Source: a virus (Duplodnaviria; Caudoviricetes). From it: a DNA stretch of 37,188 nucleotides. Each line of letters opens with the position of its first letter. The stretch's first letter is position 1. The DNA lies in the IMG/VR virus record IMGVR_UViG_3300049930_000036, positions 1 to 37,188 of that record. One strand, given 5' to 3'. This document shows positions 18,665 to 27,575 of this stretch, piece after piece. A model generated the notes under the pieces. The model searched no databases. It saw only the letters and a program-made list of their open reading frames with translations, and had not been told where the DNA came from. Both the position numbers and the translations under genes were made by a program.

Positions 18665-19453
18665 TTAATTTGCCCATATAATTTCTACATTGTCATTTAA
18701 TAGATCCCAGACCCATTTAGCAGGAACAGCATCATAATCTGCTCCAGGGGAAGGTGAGATTTCTTCTAATCTTGACCCCTTTAGATTTACGTTACCGATA
18801 ATAAGTAGTGTACTAACTCCTGAAAGTCCTTCCGCACCACGTGATCCAATTAAGGAATTATTTGCAACATTAAAAGTTCTATAATCTATATAAGGAGTAG
18901 GATAGTTCTTGCCGGCGGCAATATAACCAAGAGTTACTCCGTCAATAATCGTGCTTGTAAGACCAATAATTCCCTCTCCTATCATATTGACACCAAGTCC
19001 AATTTTAAAAAGATTGCTAAGACCCTCTCCACCAGATTTAACTAGTTGTTCTAGTCCAAATTTCACAAGACTGCCCGCTGCACTATCAACTACACCATTT
19101 GCTAGATTATTGGGATCAACTGCTGCTGTACTTGGAGGTCCAGGTGGTCCAGCTGGACCTTGAGGCGCATTTCCTTCCACTGGACGGCTAGGAACCAGTC
19201 CATTACCTATCCAAACTTTGCCAGCACTTAAATTAGGTAAATTGTCAATAGTAATAGTCGGGTTTGGGATAGGGCGATTCATATCGTTACCTATCCATAT
19301 ATTACCCATTGGCAAATCAGGTAATGCACCTATTGGTATAAAGGCGGAAGGTATAGCAATTCCCTTAGCATCACCGACTAAAATCTTGTCGGTATCGCAT
19401 AATATTCTTCCGGTTACGGGTGAGATAAAACTATATAAAACTTCATAACCCAT
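18665..19453 (-). CDS. Fibre-associated protein with short collagen-like stretch
   Basis: LP.L..G.IW(I/V)GN repeats; GPAGPPGP. Confidence 0.6.
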   Translation of the reverse strand: MGYEVLYSFISPVTGRILCDTDKILVGDAKGIAIPSAFIPIGALPDLPMGNIWIGNDMNRPIPNPTITIDNLPNLSAGKVWIGNGLVPSRPVEGNAPQGPAGPPGPPSTAAVDPNNLANGVVDSAAGSLVKFGLEQLVKSGGEGLSNLFKIGLGVNMIGEGIIGLTSTIIDGVTLGYIAAGKNYPTPYIDYRTFNVANNSLIGSRGAEGLSGVSTLLIIGNVNLKGSRLEEISPSPGADYDAVPAKWVWDLLNDNVEIIWAN

Positions 19454-19460
19454 ATATCTA

Positions 19461-19802
19461 TTAACTCCCCCAATGAAAGCTATTCAATTTAGCCATTAAT
19501 TGGGCGTTAGGTAATGATACGGGGGTATTAGGATCAGTATAGGGCGTAGGCAAACGTGGATTCATCACGGGACGTGGATCATCTTTTACAATTGGCGGTC
19601 TATTTTGTTCGTTTGGTACGTCTTCAAAAGGTTTTCCGACCATAAAGCCTGTCCAAACTTTATTATTGCCTCGCCACTCCATTTGTTTAACTAGATCTTT
19701 GTGATTAAAAACAAAACCACTTGCATCACAGACTCCTAAAGCAGAAGGGTTCTTCGGATCTATTGTTACGTATTTACCTGTCCATTTTTTTACAAATCCC
19801 AT
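19461..19802 (-). CDS. Conserved small phage protein
   Basis: ALGVCDASGF...L..Q.EW.G...W.G..V motif seen after adaptor genes in podoviruses. Confidence 0.6.
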   Translation of the reverse strand: MGFVKKWTGKYVTIDPKNPSALGVCDASGFVFNHKDLVKQMEWRGNNKVWTGFMVGKPFEDVPNEQNRPPIVKDDPRPVMNPRLPTPYTDPNTPVSLPNAQLMAKLNSFHWGS

Positions 19803-19811
19803 ATATCCCTT

Positions 19812-20864
19812 CTATTCTCTATAAGAATTTGTATCGCCCATAATACTTATAGGTGTACTTTCAGAATCTTCCCTAGTTGCAACGTCAAAAGCTTGTTCAT
19901 ATTCAATTTTAAGCATCTGTGCTGCTTGAGGATTAAATTTTAAAGCTAATTGCCAGCTTACACCCCATATTAAAGCGGGATAAAACCTAGCAGGAATTTG
20001 TACCGTGTTGGTATATAACAAACCTGCATCTTGTATCATTTTTTTATAGGTATACTGTAGGCAGTTATAATCAGCTGTTGGGATGGGCCAAAGAGTTAAG
20101 ACAGGGGAAATCTGACGATCTAAGTAATAAACAGATGGGCGTGATGCTAGATATTTATTTGGATAAGTATAATATTCCTCACGGCTTACATTAGAAATAG
20201 CAAAATCAACAACATTATTATTGAAATATATTTCCTGAATATCAAGAATAGCTCCGCCGGTTTCTCTTATTCTATACCCCGCAGCAAATACAGAAGTAGG
20301 AACATCAAACCACACATTAACGCCCGTTTGAAAAGATTGAACTGGTATATCAAATAACGTTGTCCAATTTATTAGATCCTGCGTTATCTCGATAGTAAGT
20401 GTATATTGAATATTTTGGTTGGAAGTAATTCCTATGAAATTGATTTGTTGACTTGAGCCCGTATATATATAGGCAATATATCCATTCGTGCCAGTTTGAG
20501 TACAAGCAGTGCCAGGATCTCCATCAAAAGCATCAGCTGCAATTCCTCCGGGAACGCTAGATGGTACACCGTCCAATACTCTGGTCGAAGTTCTTAAGTT
20601 AGCTTGAATAATATTGCTAACATTAGTATCTAATAGATATTGACCTGTTAAAGGTACTAATGGCAGATAAGCTTTTTCAAGAGTCCATAGATTTACTGAT
20701 TTATTCATCCAGTCTAAGAATAATAAATCTATACTTCTTTTTGCTGATTCAAGTTTTACCGGTTCAATGAATTCGCCTGAAATACCAATTCTTTCAAAAG
20801 CCTCTCTAATGATTAGCTCGATTTGAATTGATTGAAAATTAAAAGTGCCGGAAGTAGGAAGCAT
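19812..20864 (-). CDS. Head-tail adaptor (P22 gp4-like) with inserted discoidin-like domain
   Basis: TSGT.NF...II.EAFER.G, W.N...NLWT, LWP.P, IP.RF.PAL motifs; AFDGD.GT insertion. Confidence 0.72.
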   Translation of the reverse strand: MLPTSGTFNFQSIQIELIIREAFERIGISGEFIEPVKLESAKRSIDLLFLDWMNKSVNLWTLEKAYLPLVPLTGQYLLDTNVSNIIQANLRTSTRVLDGVPSSVPGGIAADAFDGDPGTACTQTGTNGYIAYIYTGSSQQINFIGITSNQNIQYTLTIEITQDLINWTTLFDIPVQSFQTGVNVWFDVPTSVFAAGYRIRETGGAILDIQEIYFNNNVVDFAISNVSREEYYTYPNKYLASRPSVYYLDRQISPVLTLWPIPTADYNCLQYTYKKMIQDAGLLYTNTVQIPARFYPALIWGVSWQLALKFNPQAAQMLKIEYEQAFDVATREDSESTPISIMGDTNSYRE

Positions 20865-20884
20865 CTAGCTTCTCCATATTATTA

Positions 20885-21112
20885 TTAATGTTTAAAGCCT
20901 TTGAGCGTTTTAGCTAAATCAGCTTCTTTTCTTATTATGCTATTTCTAGAATGCTCAGCTTTCTCTAGTTTTTTCTCGGGAATTTTTTTGTCTAGAGGAA
21001 CTCCTAATGCTCGGTGAAGTGATCCTTTATTTTCAGGATTAATAGCTTTTTGAATCCATTTTTTAGGACTTTTCTCATTCATCATTTGTTTTGCTGCTCT
21101 GCTACGTGCCAT
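20885..21112 (-). CDS. Small basic phage protein
   Basis: KWIQKAI...GSLH.ALGVP...KIP..KL.KA...LAKTL pattern. Confidence 0.65.
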   Translation of the reverse strand: MARSRAAKQMMNEKSPKKWIQKAINPENKGSLHRALGVPLDKKIPEKKLEKAEHSRNSIIRKEADLAKTLKGFKH

Positions 21113-21124
21113 ATAATTTTCCTG

Positions 21125-21799
21125 TTATGTTTGAATGAAATTCATTTGAATGCTATTTGCTGCGGTTCCTAAAACGCCATTTATTTTCAATAGCCACGAT
21201 TTACATAATGTTGCATTAGCAACTGGTAAGATGTATTGAGTGTTAGTGGCACTATTAATTTGAAAAACATTAGAATCATTAGCGACAATATCTAAAAATG
21301 TATGTCCATTATTAGTTATATCGGTGAAAATTTGGTATAAAATAGTCGGAATACTTGCTGCGGTTAATTTTGCAGTGCTTAAAGAATAATTGATGACATC
21401 ACGTTCAATATTGAGACCTATTAGTTTCATGAAACCAAAATAGCCAGATCCTATTCTTACATTAGTAGCAGCCCCAATTAGATCTGTTGTAATTGCTGTT
21501 ATAGTATCGTAACACTGAACTGAACTAACAATCTGACCCGCAGTAGGACCGGCAACGATCGTCTCTCTTATAAAAACACCATTTTGGTAGCCTTCTATAA
21601 AAAAAGAATTTGCAGATAAATCAGCTGTAGAAGTAATATTAATCGATCTACTATAACCTTTATCTATAAATTGGACTGCAGATCCAGTTGAATTAGCAAG
21701 ATTACCATTTAAAATAAACTTGCCCCCAATGTCATTTTGTAAATTACAAACATCAGTTATATTACTAGCGGGAAAAGTATAAGTTAGTGATCTAGACAT
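21125..21799 (-). CDS. Virion structural protein (paralog of 21802-22482)
   Basis: RSINITS..DLSA..F.I.GYQNG.F..ETI..GP. Confidence 0.65.
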   Translation of the reverse strand: MSRSLTYTFPASNITDVCNLQNDIGGKFILNGNLANSTGSAVQFIDKGYSRSINITSTADLSANSFFIEGYQNGVFIRETIVAGPTAGQIVSSVQCYDTITAITTDLIGAATNVRIGSGYFGFMKLIGLNIERDVINYSLSTAKLTAASIPTILYQIFTDITNNGHTFLDIVANDSNVFQINSATNTQYILPVANATLCKSWLLKINGVLGTAANSIQMNFIQT

Positions 21800-21801
21800 T
21801 A

Positions 21802-22482
21802 TTATTCCTGTAAAAATATGAAATCAAAAGTATCGGTTATAGGAGAAGAGGAGCTATTTATTTTCAATAATATAAAATTGGTTATCAATATTGAGTTGGC
21901 TGTCTGCGATGTAGTTTGAGAAGTCAAATTTGCTGCAACAGGAAAAAAATTTATTAATTGATCGCTAAAAGTAATAAAATTCTGACTTACTTGTGATAGT
22001 GTTTTAAGTACTGAATAATTAATACCTGAGGCAGGACTAGTAGGTATATTTATTTCCATTGAATAATTTATGAATCCAGCATTTGGATTAATTACAAGCA
22101 AAGGAAGAAAACCGCTATTGCCTGTTCCTACTTGAATACCAGTAACGGCAGTACTTGTGGTAACTGATATTATGATATCGTAAGCTTTTGTTCCGTAAAC
22201 AGTATTATTATTCGGACCAGATAATGTTTCTGTTACAAAAGCCCCATTTTGAAAACCCTGTATTATAAAATTTGTTGCACTTAAATTATTAATTGAAGTA
22301 AGTGAAACTGATCTAATTATATTTGTTTTAGCAAAAGAAACTTGATCTGGAATATTCGGATCAAATAATGTCCCATTTAATAATACTTTAAATGCTGTAG
22401 GACCAGTTGCAAGTACATTTTGTAATTTAGCAACCGCTTCTACATCTTGAATGGGCCATGTTAATTTAGTATAGGTTGACAT
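21802..22482 (-). CDS. Virion structural protein, probable capsid decoration
   Basis: RSVSLTS..NLSA..F.I.GFQNG.F..ETL.GP; directly after the major capsid gene. Confidence 0.65.
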   Translation of the reverse strand: MSTYTKLTWPIQDVEAVAKLQNVLATGPTAFKVLLNGTLFDPNIPDQVSFAKTNIIRSVSLTSINNLSATNFIIQGFQNGAFVTETLSGPNNNTVYGTKAYDIIISVTTSTAVTGIQVGTGNSGFLPLLVINPNAGFINYSMEINIPTSPASGINYSVLKTLSQVSQNFITFSDQLINFFPVAANLTSQTTSQTANSILITNFILLKINSSSSPITDTFDFIFLQE

Positions 22483-22508
22483 CTATTATTTTAAATTCTA
22501 AAGTTAAC

Positions 22509-22566
22509 TGCCAGTATCATGTTACTTACCTTGATCTAACCGGAAGTAGTGCTTATGATACTGGCA
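22509..22566 (-). other. Long irregular hairpin downstream of the major capsid gene
   Basis: TGCCAGTATCAT/ATGATACTGGCA perfect 12-bp arms plus inner UACUU-CC/GG-U-AAGUA stem. Confidence 0.75.
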
Positions 22567-22574
22567 CAATTCAA

Positions 22575-23480
22575 TTAAACACCGGGTGATCCAAATATGG
22601 CTCTTGGGTTTGATATCCCAAAAGAATATCTCTCTGTAGCTTTTGCCATAACGTTATTCGTTGGGAAATCTATATAAGTATCAGTAGATACAGGAGTTCT
22701 TTGGAAATGTTTTAAGCCGTTATCTGCGTCCGTAATTATAAAGTAAGCGCTTGTCGATATTAGATATTGATTTATCTTATAACCACCAGGGATATAATCA
22801 TTATGATACAAAGCATTGATATCGTTGTTCGCTGTATCTACACGGAATGCTGAATTAAGCAATCTTGATGCAGCAAATTGTAACTCCCTAGGTAAAATCA
22901 TCTTTTTAGCCATTGTTTGGGCTAAAATACCACTTTGCATTGGGAACTTTTGGATTTGGATAATAGCAGCTTCAATAGCAGCTTCACTAAAGTCAACTGT
23001 TGCAGTTCCTGCTAATGTATTAGAAAATACACCGCCATCGATAGGATGACTTGCAGAACATACTGATTGACCATCACCAATTGGATAAGCAGCATTAAAT
23101 GCATTATTTAATAAGTTTGCACCTAACTGATTTTTTGTAGTTCTAAGCGAATTACGAAGTGACTCAGCTTGCAATGGGAATTGGTTTTGATACAGATTGT
23201 CTTCGACTGCTTCTTGAGTAATTGAAAATGAAATACCAATTTTTCTATGTATGTAATTCGTTACAATACGTTGACCCATGGAATCAACAGGCGTTGCAGC
23301 TCCTTCAGCCACAATATCTGCTGCACCAAGGTATTTCATTTCTACCTCAATTTCTTGATATTTATCTGAAGGTTGCGTTTTATATATTTCTGTCCATTGC
23401 TCCGGGTAAGTGTCGTAATTTCCAAAAACTGCTTTTAAACCAGGGCGCAGTAACTGCGCAATTTGACCGGTATTTATCAT
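22575..23480 (-). CDS. Major capsid protein (HK97 fold)
   Basis: I...QI...L.PGL.A.FG.Y; FSIT.EA.EDNLY; GDG....S.SHP; NDINA; K.TERYSFG.S.PR.IFGSPG. Confidence 0.9.
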   Translation of the reverse strand: MINTGQIAQLLRPGLKAVFGNYDTYPEQWTEIYKTQPSDKYQEIEVEMKYLGAADIVAEGAATPVDSMGQRIVTNYIHRKIGISFSITQEAVEDNLYQNQFPLQAESLRNSLRTTKNQLGANLLNNAFNAAYPIGDGQSVCSASHPIDGGVFSNTLAGTATVDFSEAAIEAAIIQIQKFPMQSGILAQTMAKKMILPRELQFAASRLLNSAFRVDTANNDINALYHNDYIPGGYKINQYLISTSAYFIITDADNGLKHFQRTPVSTDTYIDFPTNNVMAKATERYSFGISNPRAIFGSPGV

Positions 23481-23509
23481 GATATTATTCCTTTAATTTA
23501 TTTATATTG

Positions 23510-24274
23510 TTAAGCTGGAGTAATACCTAAATTACCAACACGTGATATGTGGTTATTTATGGTTACCCGAACATTCAAAAATGGATTTACTGTTGTGCCA
23601 TCAGCTGCAAAAATTACATTTTGTGGATTAGGAGTGAATCCTATAGTCTTCAAAGGTAATGTTGCGGCTACACGGTTTGTAGCGGCTGTTCCAACAAGAT
23701 TTAAATAAATTGCAGACTGACCAGTTATAGTGCTTCCTGTAGTTGGATTCCCAATATTACCGCCACCAGCAGCTAGTCCAAAAGCGAAATTCTGTGTAAA
23801 ATATGCCGGTGTTGCTGCTGCTGCACTAAATCTAGCGTCGTTTAGAACGTTAGTTGCAGTTGATACTTGGATATCATAAACAACATCTGGATCATCAAGG
23901 ATATAAGCCTTAATTCTACTACCTGGTACTACTTGAGTAGATGCAGGCCAATAAGGAGATTTAATCAGATTATTTACGCCGGTTACGGTAGATAGATATT
24001 CGCATCCCATAAAGACACCAACTACAGGAGTAATTTCATTTACTACTGTCGCTGTATCAATTGGATATCTGGCAATTGTAGGACCACTTGTTAATGTAGT
24101 TGCTACTGCTGGATTGTAGATAACTGGATCACCAGTAAATATACTCGTTGCATAGGTAGTTGTACCATCTGCACTTGCATAAATATAATATTCATTAGTT
24201 TTTTCTGTCCAACTTCCACCTGAAATAGAAGAAAACGGGCGCAAACCAAACGGCGCATTAGTTCCATAAGCCAT
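23510..24274 (-). CDS. Minor capsid / head decoration protein
   Basis: N-terminal APFGLRP, IFTGD.V, GVF.GC.Y, DDPD..Y.IQ; immediately precedes the capsid gene. Confidence 0.72.
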   Translation of the reverse strand: MAYGTNAPFGLRPFSSISGGSWTEKTNEYYIYASADGTTTYATSIFTGDPVIYNPAVATTLTSGPTIARYPIDTATVVNEITPVVGVFMGCEYLSTVTGVNNLIKSPYWPASTQVVPGSRIKAYILDDPDVVYDIQVSTATNVLNDARFSAAAATPAYFTQNFAFGLAAGGGNIGNPTTGSTITGQSAIYLNLVGTAATNRVAATLPLKTIGFTPNPQNVIFAADGTTVNPFLNVRVTINNHISRVGNLGITPA

Positions 24275-24522
24275 AAAAACCTCTTTATGATCTAAATTAA
24301 TTGCTAAAAATAAAAAAAATCTGTTAGAGGATAGATTTGACCTAATTACGATTTTAAGTTCGTAGTAACTTTGGGAGATATTTTAAACTCGACTGATACG
24401 TTTTGCTGTCTCGTCTGACAATTATTTTTGTAAAAAAATAATAAAAAGATACGATTTTAAGTTTCGTAGGAACTGTTCTTAAATAATAATTTATTATAAT
24501 TAAGAATATTCGTTATAACAAC
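24272..24522 (-). promoter_or_regulatory. Capsid-operon leader: three tandem pseudoknot elements, anti-SD hairpin, SD/AUG hairpin, candidate -10 elements
   Basis: Elements at 24347-24370, 24397-24420, 24450-24474; hairpin 24317-24338; TATAAT/TGTTATAAC at ~24493-24520. Confidence 0.7.
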
Positions 24523-24548
24523 TAAATTCCTAATCTTTTTTTAATTAT

Positions 24549-26084
24549 TTATGTTGACGACATAATGACGCCTGTAATACCTTGTTCAACATCTGGAACT
24601 AAAACCCCACTTGCATCAACAATAACTATAGAAACTGAATTAACGGTTTTTGCAGTCCAGAAAGCATGCGAAACAAAAGGCATAGTTCCTCCTGTGCTAC
24701 CTAATCCAAATACAACGCCATAATTTGTAGAACTCATAGCAGGTGAAAAATTAATAGTATAAACTCCGCCACTACCTGTAATAGAAGAAATATTTGATGA
24801 TTTATCTTTTATATCAATTACGTTACTAAGCGGTACAAGCGTGTCAGTAAAAGTAAAAAATCCTTTAGGCGTTGTTGGATTGGTAAATCCTCCGGTTACT
24901 GTCAATGAGCCATTTAACGTTAAATTATTAGCTCCAGTAATATTGCCACTCCCATCTATATTTATAGTATTTATACTGACACTACTCGTACCAGTACTAA
25001 GTATATTTATTGCTCCATTAGTTAAACTACTTGTGATATTATTAGTACCTAATGTAAGATTACCAATCGCAGCAGAAGTAATACCAGTTATTGTGGAATT
25101 AAGAGCAATAGTAGTATTGTCAGCAATACCAGCACCATTAACAATGGTAATGTTACTACCACCCAATAAATTTCTAGTAGCCCATGTTAAAGGACTTGAT
25201 CCTGTTTCAACTAAAAATCCGCCTGTTGTAGAAAGATTATTTAAATTAGTTAAGGAGGTCGTAAGATCTAAATTTATTGTTCCACCAGGAGGAGTTAGAG
25301 TACCATTAGTAACGGCAATAGTATTACCTGCACTTTTAACTACAATAGAATTTATACTACTTGAACCATCAGTAAGTTGTATAGGATTCCAACTCCCATT
25401 TGATGTTGAGTTATCATTTAAATATAAATAATATACATCTCCAGATAAAACATTTGCTATACTTGTTATTCCGTCATTTGCTAATATTTGAAAAGGAAAT
25501 AAACCAATATTATTAAATTGAACATTTTGACCGGGAGATGCAAGCGTTGCATCAGGCAAAGTAATTGTCCAACCATTATTTCGCATAGTAAAATTAGGCG
25601 AGCTTATACCAACTGATATAATATTAGCAGTCTGAATCCATTTTGTATTAGCATTAACAGTTCCATTTGTAACTTGTACAAAATCTCCTTTCTGTATTTC
25701 AGAAGGAGTATCATAATCAATAGCACGAGTTAATACCCATGGAGTAGAGCCATCACCTATCGTGGTTAATGTATATATCCCATTAGTATTACTTAATGGA
25801 GTTTGATTTTTTACCAGAATCCTAGCATTTAAGGTCGGCGATAGACCATCAACGGTAAATGCAGCTAATGTACTATTATTAGTTAAAGTTGCTCCTACCC
25901 CCGATGATCCATTATTATAAATAGCCACTAAATTACCGGTAGTAGCTCCATAACATGGCATCTGAATTTGTGATGTAGATACATTATTTATATCAGCTAT
26001 TACTGGTGGCTGCTGAAACGAGAACGACCATGATAATACTATATCGCTATTTAAATTAAGCTGTTGATAGGAACTTTGAGCCAT
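24549..26084 (-). CDS. Fibre-like virion protein
   Basis: YNNG.SGVGATLT...DG......RILVKNQT....NGIY....W.LTRA.DYD domain; T/N/G/S-rich; C-terminal G.YTINF...M...NY.V domain. Confidence 0.75.
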   Translation of the reverse strand: MAQSSYQQLNLNSDIVLSWSFSFQQPPVIADINNVSTSQIQMPCYGATTGNLVAIYNNGSSGVGATLTNNSTLAAFTVDGLSPTLNARILVKNQTPLSNTNGIYTLTTIGDGSTPWVLTRAIDYDTPSEIQKGDFVQVTNGTVNANTKWIQTANIISVGISSPNFTMRNNGWTITLPDATLASPGQNVQFNNIGLFPFQILANDGITSIANVLSGDVYYLYLNDNSTSNGSWNPIQLTDGSSSINSIVVKSAGNTIAVTNGTLTPPGGTINLDLTTSLTNLNNLSTTGGFLVETGSSPLTWATRNLLGGSNITIVNGAGIADNTTIALNSTITGITSAAIGNLTLGTNNITSSLTNGAINILSTGTSSVSINTINIDGSGNITGANNLTLNGSLTVTGGFTNPTTPKGFFTFTDTLVPLSNVIDIKDKSSNISSITGSGGVYTINFSPAMSSTNYGVVFGLGSTGGTMPFVSHAFWTAKTVNSVSIVIVDASGVLVPDVEQGITGVIMSST

Positions 26085-26086
26085 GA

Positions 26087-26518
26087 TTAAAAACTACTGA
26101 TATTATTACGTGTGCTAAATGTTGCTGTGTCACGCTCTATGCCTGGCAGTGATCTTGTTCTATCAACAATTCGTTTTTTCAATTCTTCTTGCTCTCGCTT
26201 AGCAAAAATCGATGGTCTTTCCATCAGAATAGTATCCCTTCTATTGATAAAATCTTTTGAATAACTATTCAGACTAAGTGGATCTATATACGTATTCTGT
26301 GCTCTATTAGCTTCTACTAATTTCCAACCTCTTCGCATTAAATCCTCAATTCTATAATCTGTAGCTCCTTTTACATCTCTACGAGCCCAGTGGTAATCAA
26401 ATCCATCCTTCTTTACTCCTGGTGGCAAATCAAATGGACTTGCATATTCAAAACTCCATTCTTCTAGTAGTTCTTTATCTCTGGTTTCATCATCTCTAGT
26501 AGTGCGTGGTTTTGTCAT
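26087..26518 (-). CDS. Conserved phage head-region protein
   Basis: W......LP....GF.Y.W.R.......GW..V...ILME.P pattern, after the scaffold gene. Confidence 0.6.
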   Translation of the reverse strand: MTKPRTTRDDETRDKELLEEWSFEYASPFDLPPGVKKDGFDYHWARRDVKGATDYRIEDLMRRGWKLVEANRAQNTYIDPLSLNSYSKDFINRRDTILMERPSIFAKREQEELKKRIVDRTRSLPGIERDTATFSTRNNISSF

Positions 26519-26519
26519 A

Positions 26520-27560
26520 TCATTTACCTTTTTGTAATTCTTCTAATTTGTATTTCAGCCAATCTTTTTCGCTAATACCGCCTGCTGCACAGATTTTCTT
26601 TTCATCTGCTGTTAAAGTCATTTGTATGGTTTTGGAAGATTTGCCATTTGCATTACCATAGGAATTTCTTACACTTCCTACATGACCTACTGAACCCAAA
26701 CTTTTACGTTTTTTTTCGGTTCTATCTCTGTTATTAACATCATGGATATATCTGTCTATGGTATCGAAATATTCCTCTGAATATAAAAGATCCCTTTGTC
26801 CACGGGCTTCTATACCATTATCTAGATGATGAATGAATTGACTTACTTCAGTAGCCAAACCTAAATTATATTGTCTTGAGTTTGGTTGTAATTCGGGGTG
26901 GTCATCAAGCCAATCAGCCGCCTTTTCACGTTCAATTTCATCGTAATCATCTGCAGATTTTTGATGTTCCTGTTGTCTTTGGGGTTCTCTTTGTGGTTGC
27001 CTTTCAGAAGCTGTCCATTTTTCGAGCTCATTTATATTATTGATGGCTCTATTTAAATTGATATCTGCTTCTATTGAAGCATCAATATCGCCTTCCTCTA
27101 TCGCTCTTCTTTTTGACTCCTTAGCTTTTTCTAATTCTGAATAGACATTTTTCCCATAATGATATGTACCCGAGTTTAAGGACTCGGCTAGCATTTCTTT
27201 CAAACGGGCATTTTCTTCTTCAACAGCTTTTTTTTCTTCTTCAACAGCTTTTTTTTCTGCTAGAGCTTTGTATCTACTTCTTTTGATTTTCCATATTTTA
27301 TCAAGCTTTTTAGGTGCTTTTTTTGATTCGGGCTCTTCCTCCTCTTCAGCTTCCTGCTCTTGCGGCTCTTCTTTTTCTTCTTCCTGCTCTTCTTCGGGTT
27401 CTACATCATCCTCTTGCTCTTCTTGGATTTCTTCTTTTGGAGCTCCGCCATTTTTTAATCTTTCAATTTCCTTTATGGCTTCTGCAATTTCATCCATGCC
27501 TGCAGTATCTCGTAGAGCAATTTGATCGCTCTCGATGCTAAGTTCATCATTATTATTCAT
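26520..27560 (-). CDS. Scaffolding protein
   Basis: Acidic N-terminus, coiled coil, A.DWL..HP, C-terminal LT..EK..C...GIS...W..YK. Confidence 0.75.
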   Translation of the reverse strand: MNNNDELSIESDQIALRDTAGMDEIAEAIKEIERLKNGGAPKEEIQEEQEDDVEPEEEQEEEKEEPQEQEAEEEEEPESKKAPKKLDKIWKIKRSRYKALAEKKAVEEEKKAVEEENARLKEMLAESLNSGTYHYGKNVYSELEKAKESKRRAIEEGDIDASIEADINLNRAINNINELEKWTASERQPQREPQRQQEHQKSADDYDEIEREKAADWLDDHPELQPNSRQYNLGLATEVSQFIHHLDNGIEARGQRDLLYSEEYFDTIDRYIHDVNNRDRTEKKRKSLGSVGHVGSVRNSYGNANGKSSKTIQMTLTADEKKICAAGGISEKDWLKYKLEELQKGK

Positions 27561-27575
27561 TAATTCTAATCTATA

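Noticed and set aside
24347-24474. Three ~25-nt repeats with 26-29-nt spacers resembling a mini CRISPR array (GTTTC...GAAAC)
   Set aside because: The middle copy keeps structure but not sequence, one spacer is almost pure A/T, solitary copies occur in other gene leaders, and there are no cas genes; a structured leader fits better.
27211-27258. 21-bp duplication with A8 runs in the scaffold gene as a frameshift or phase-variation site
   Set aside because: In-frame heptad duplication (KKAVEEE) in a coiled coil; codons are AAA AAA GCT, not the A AAA AAG slippery frame.
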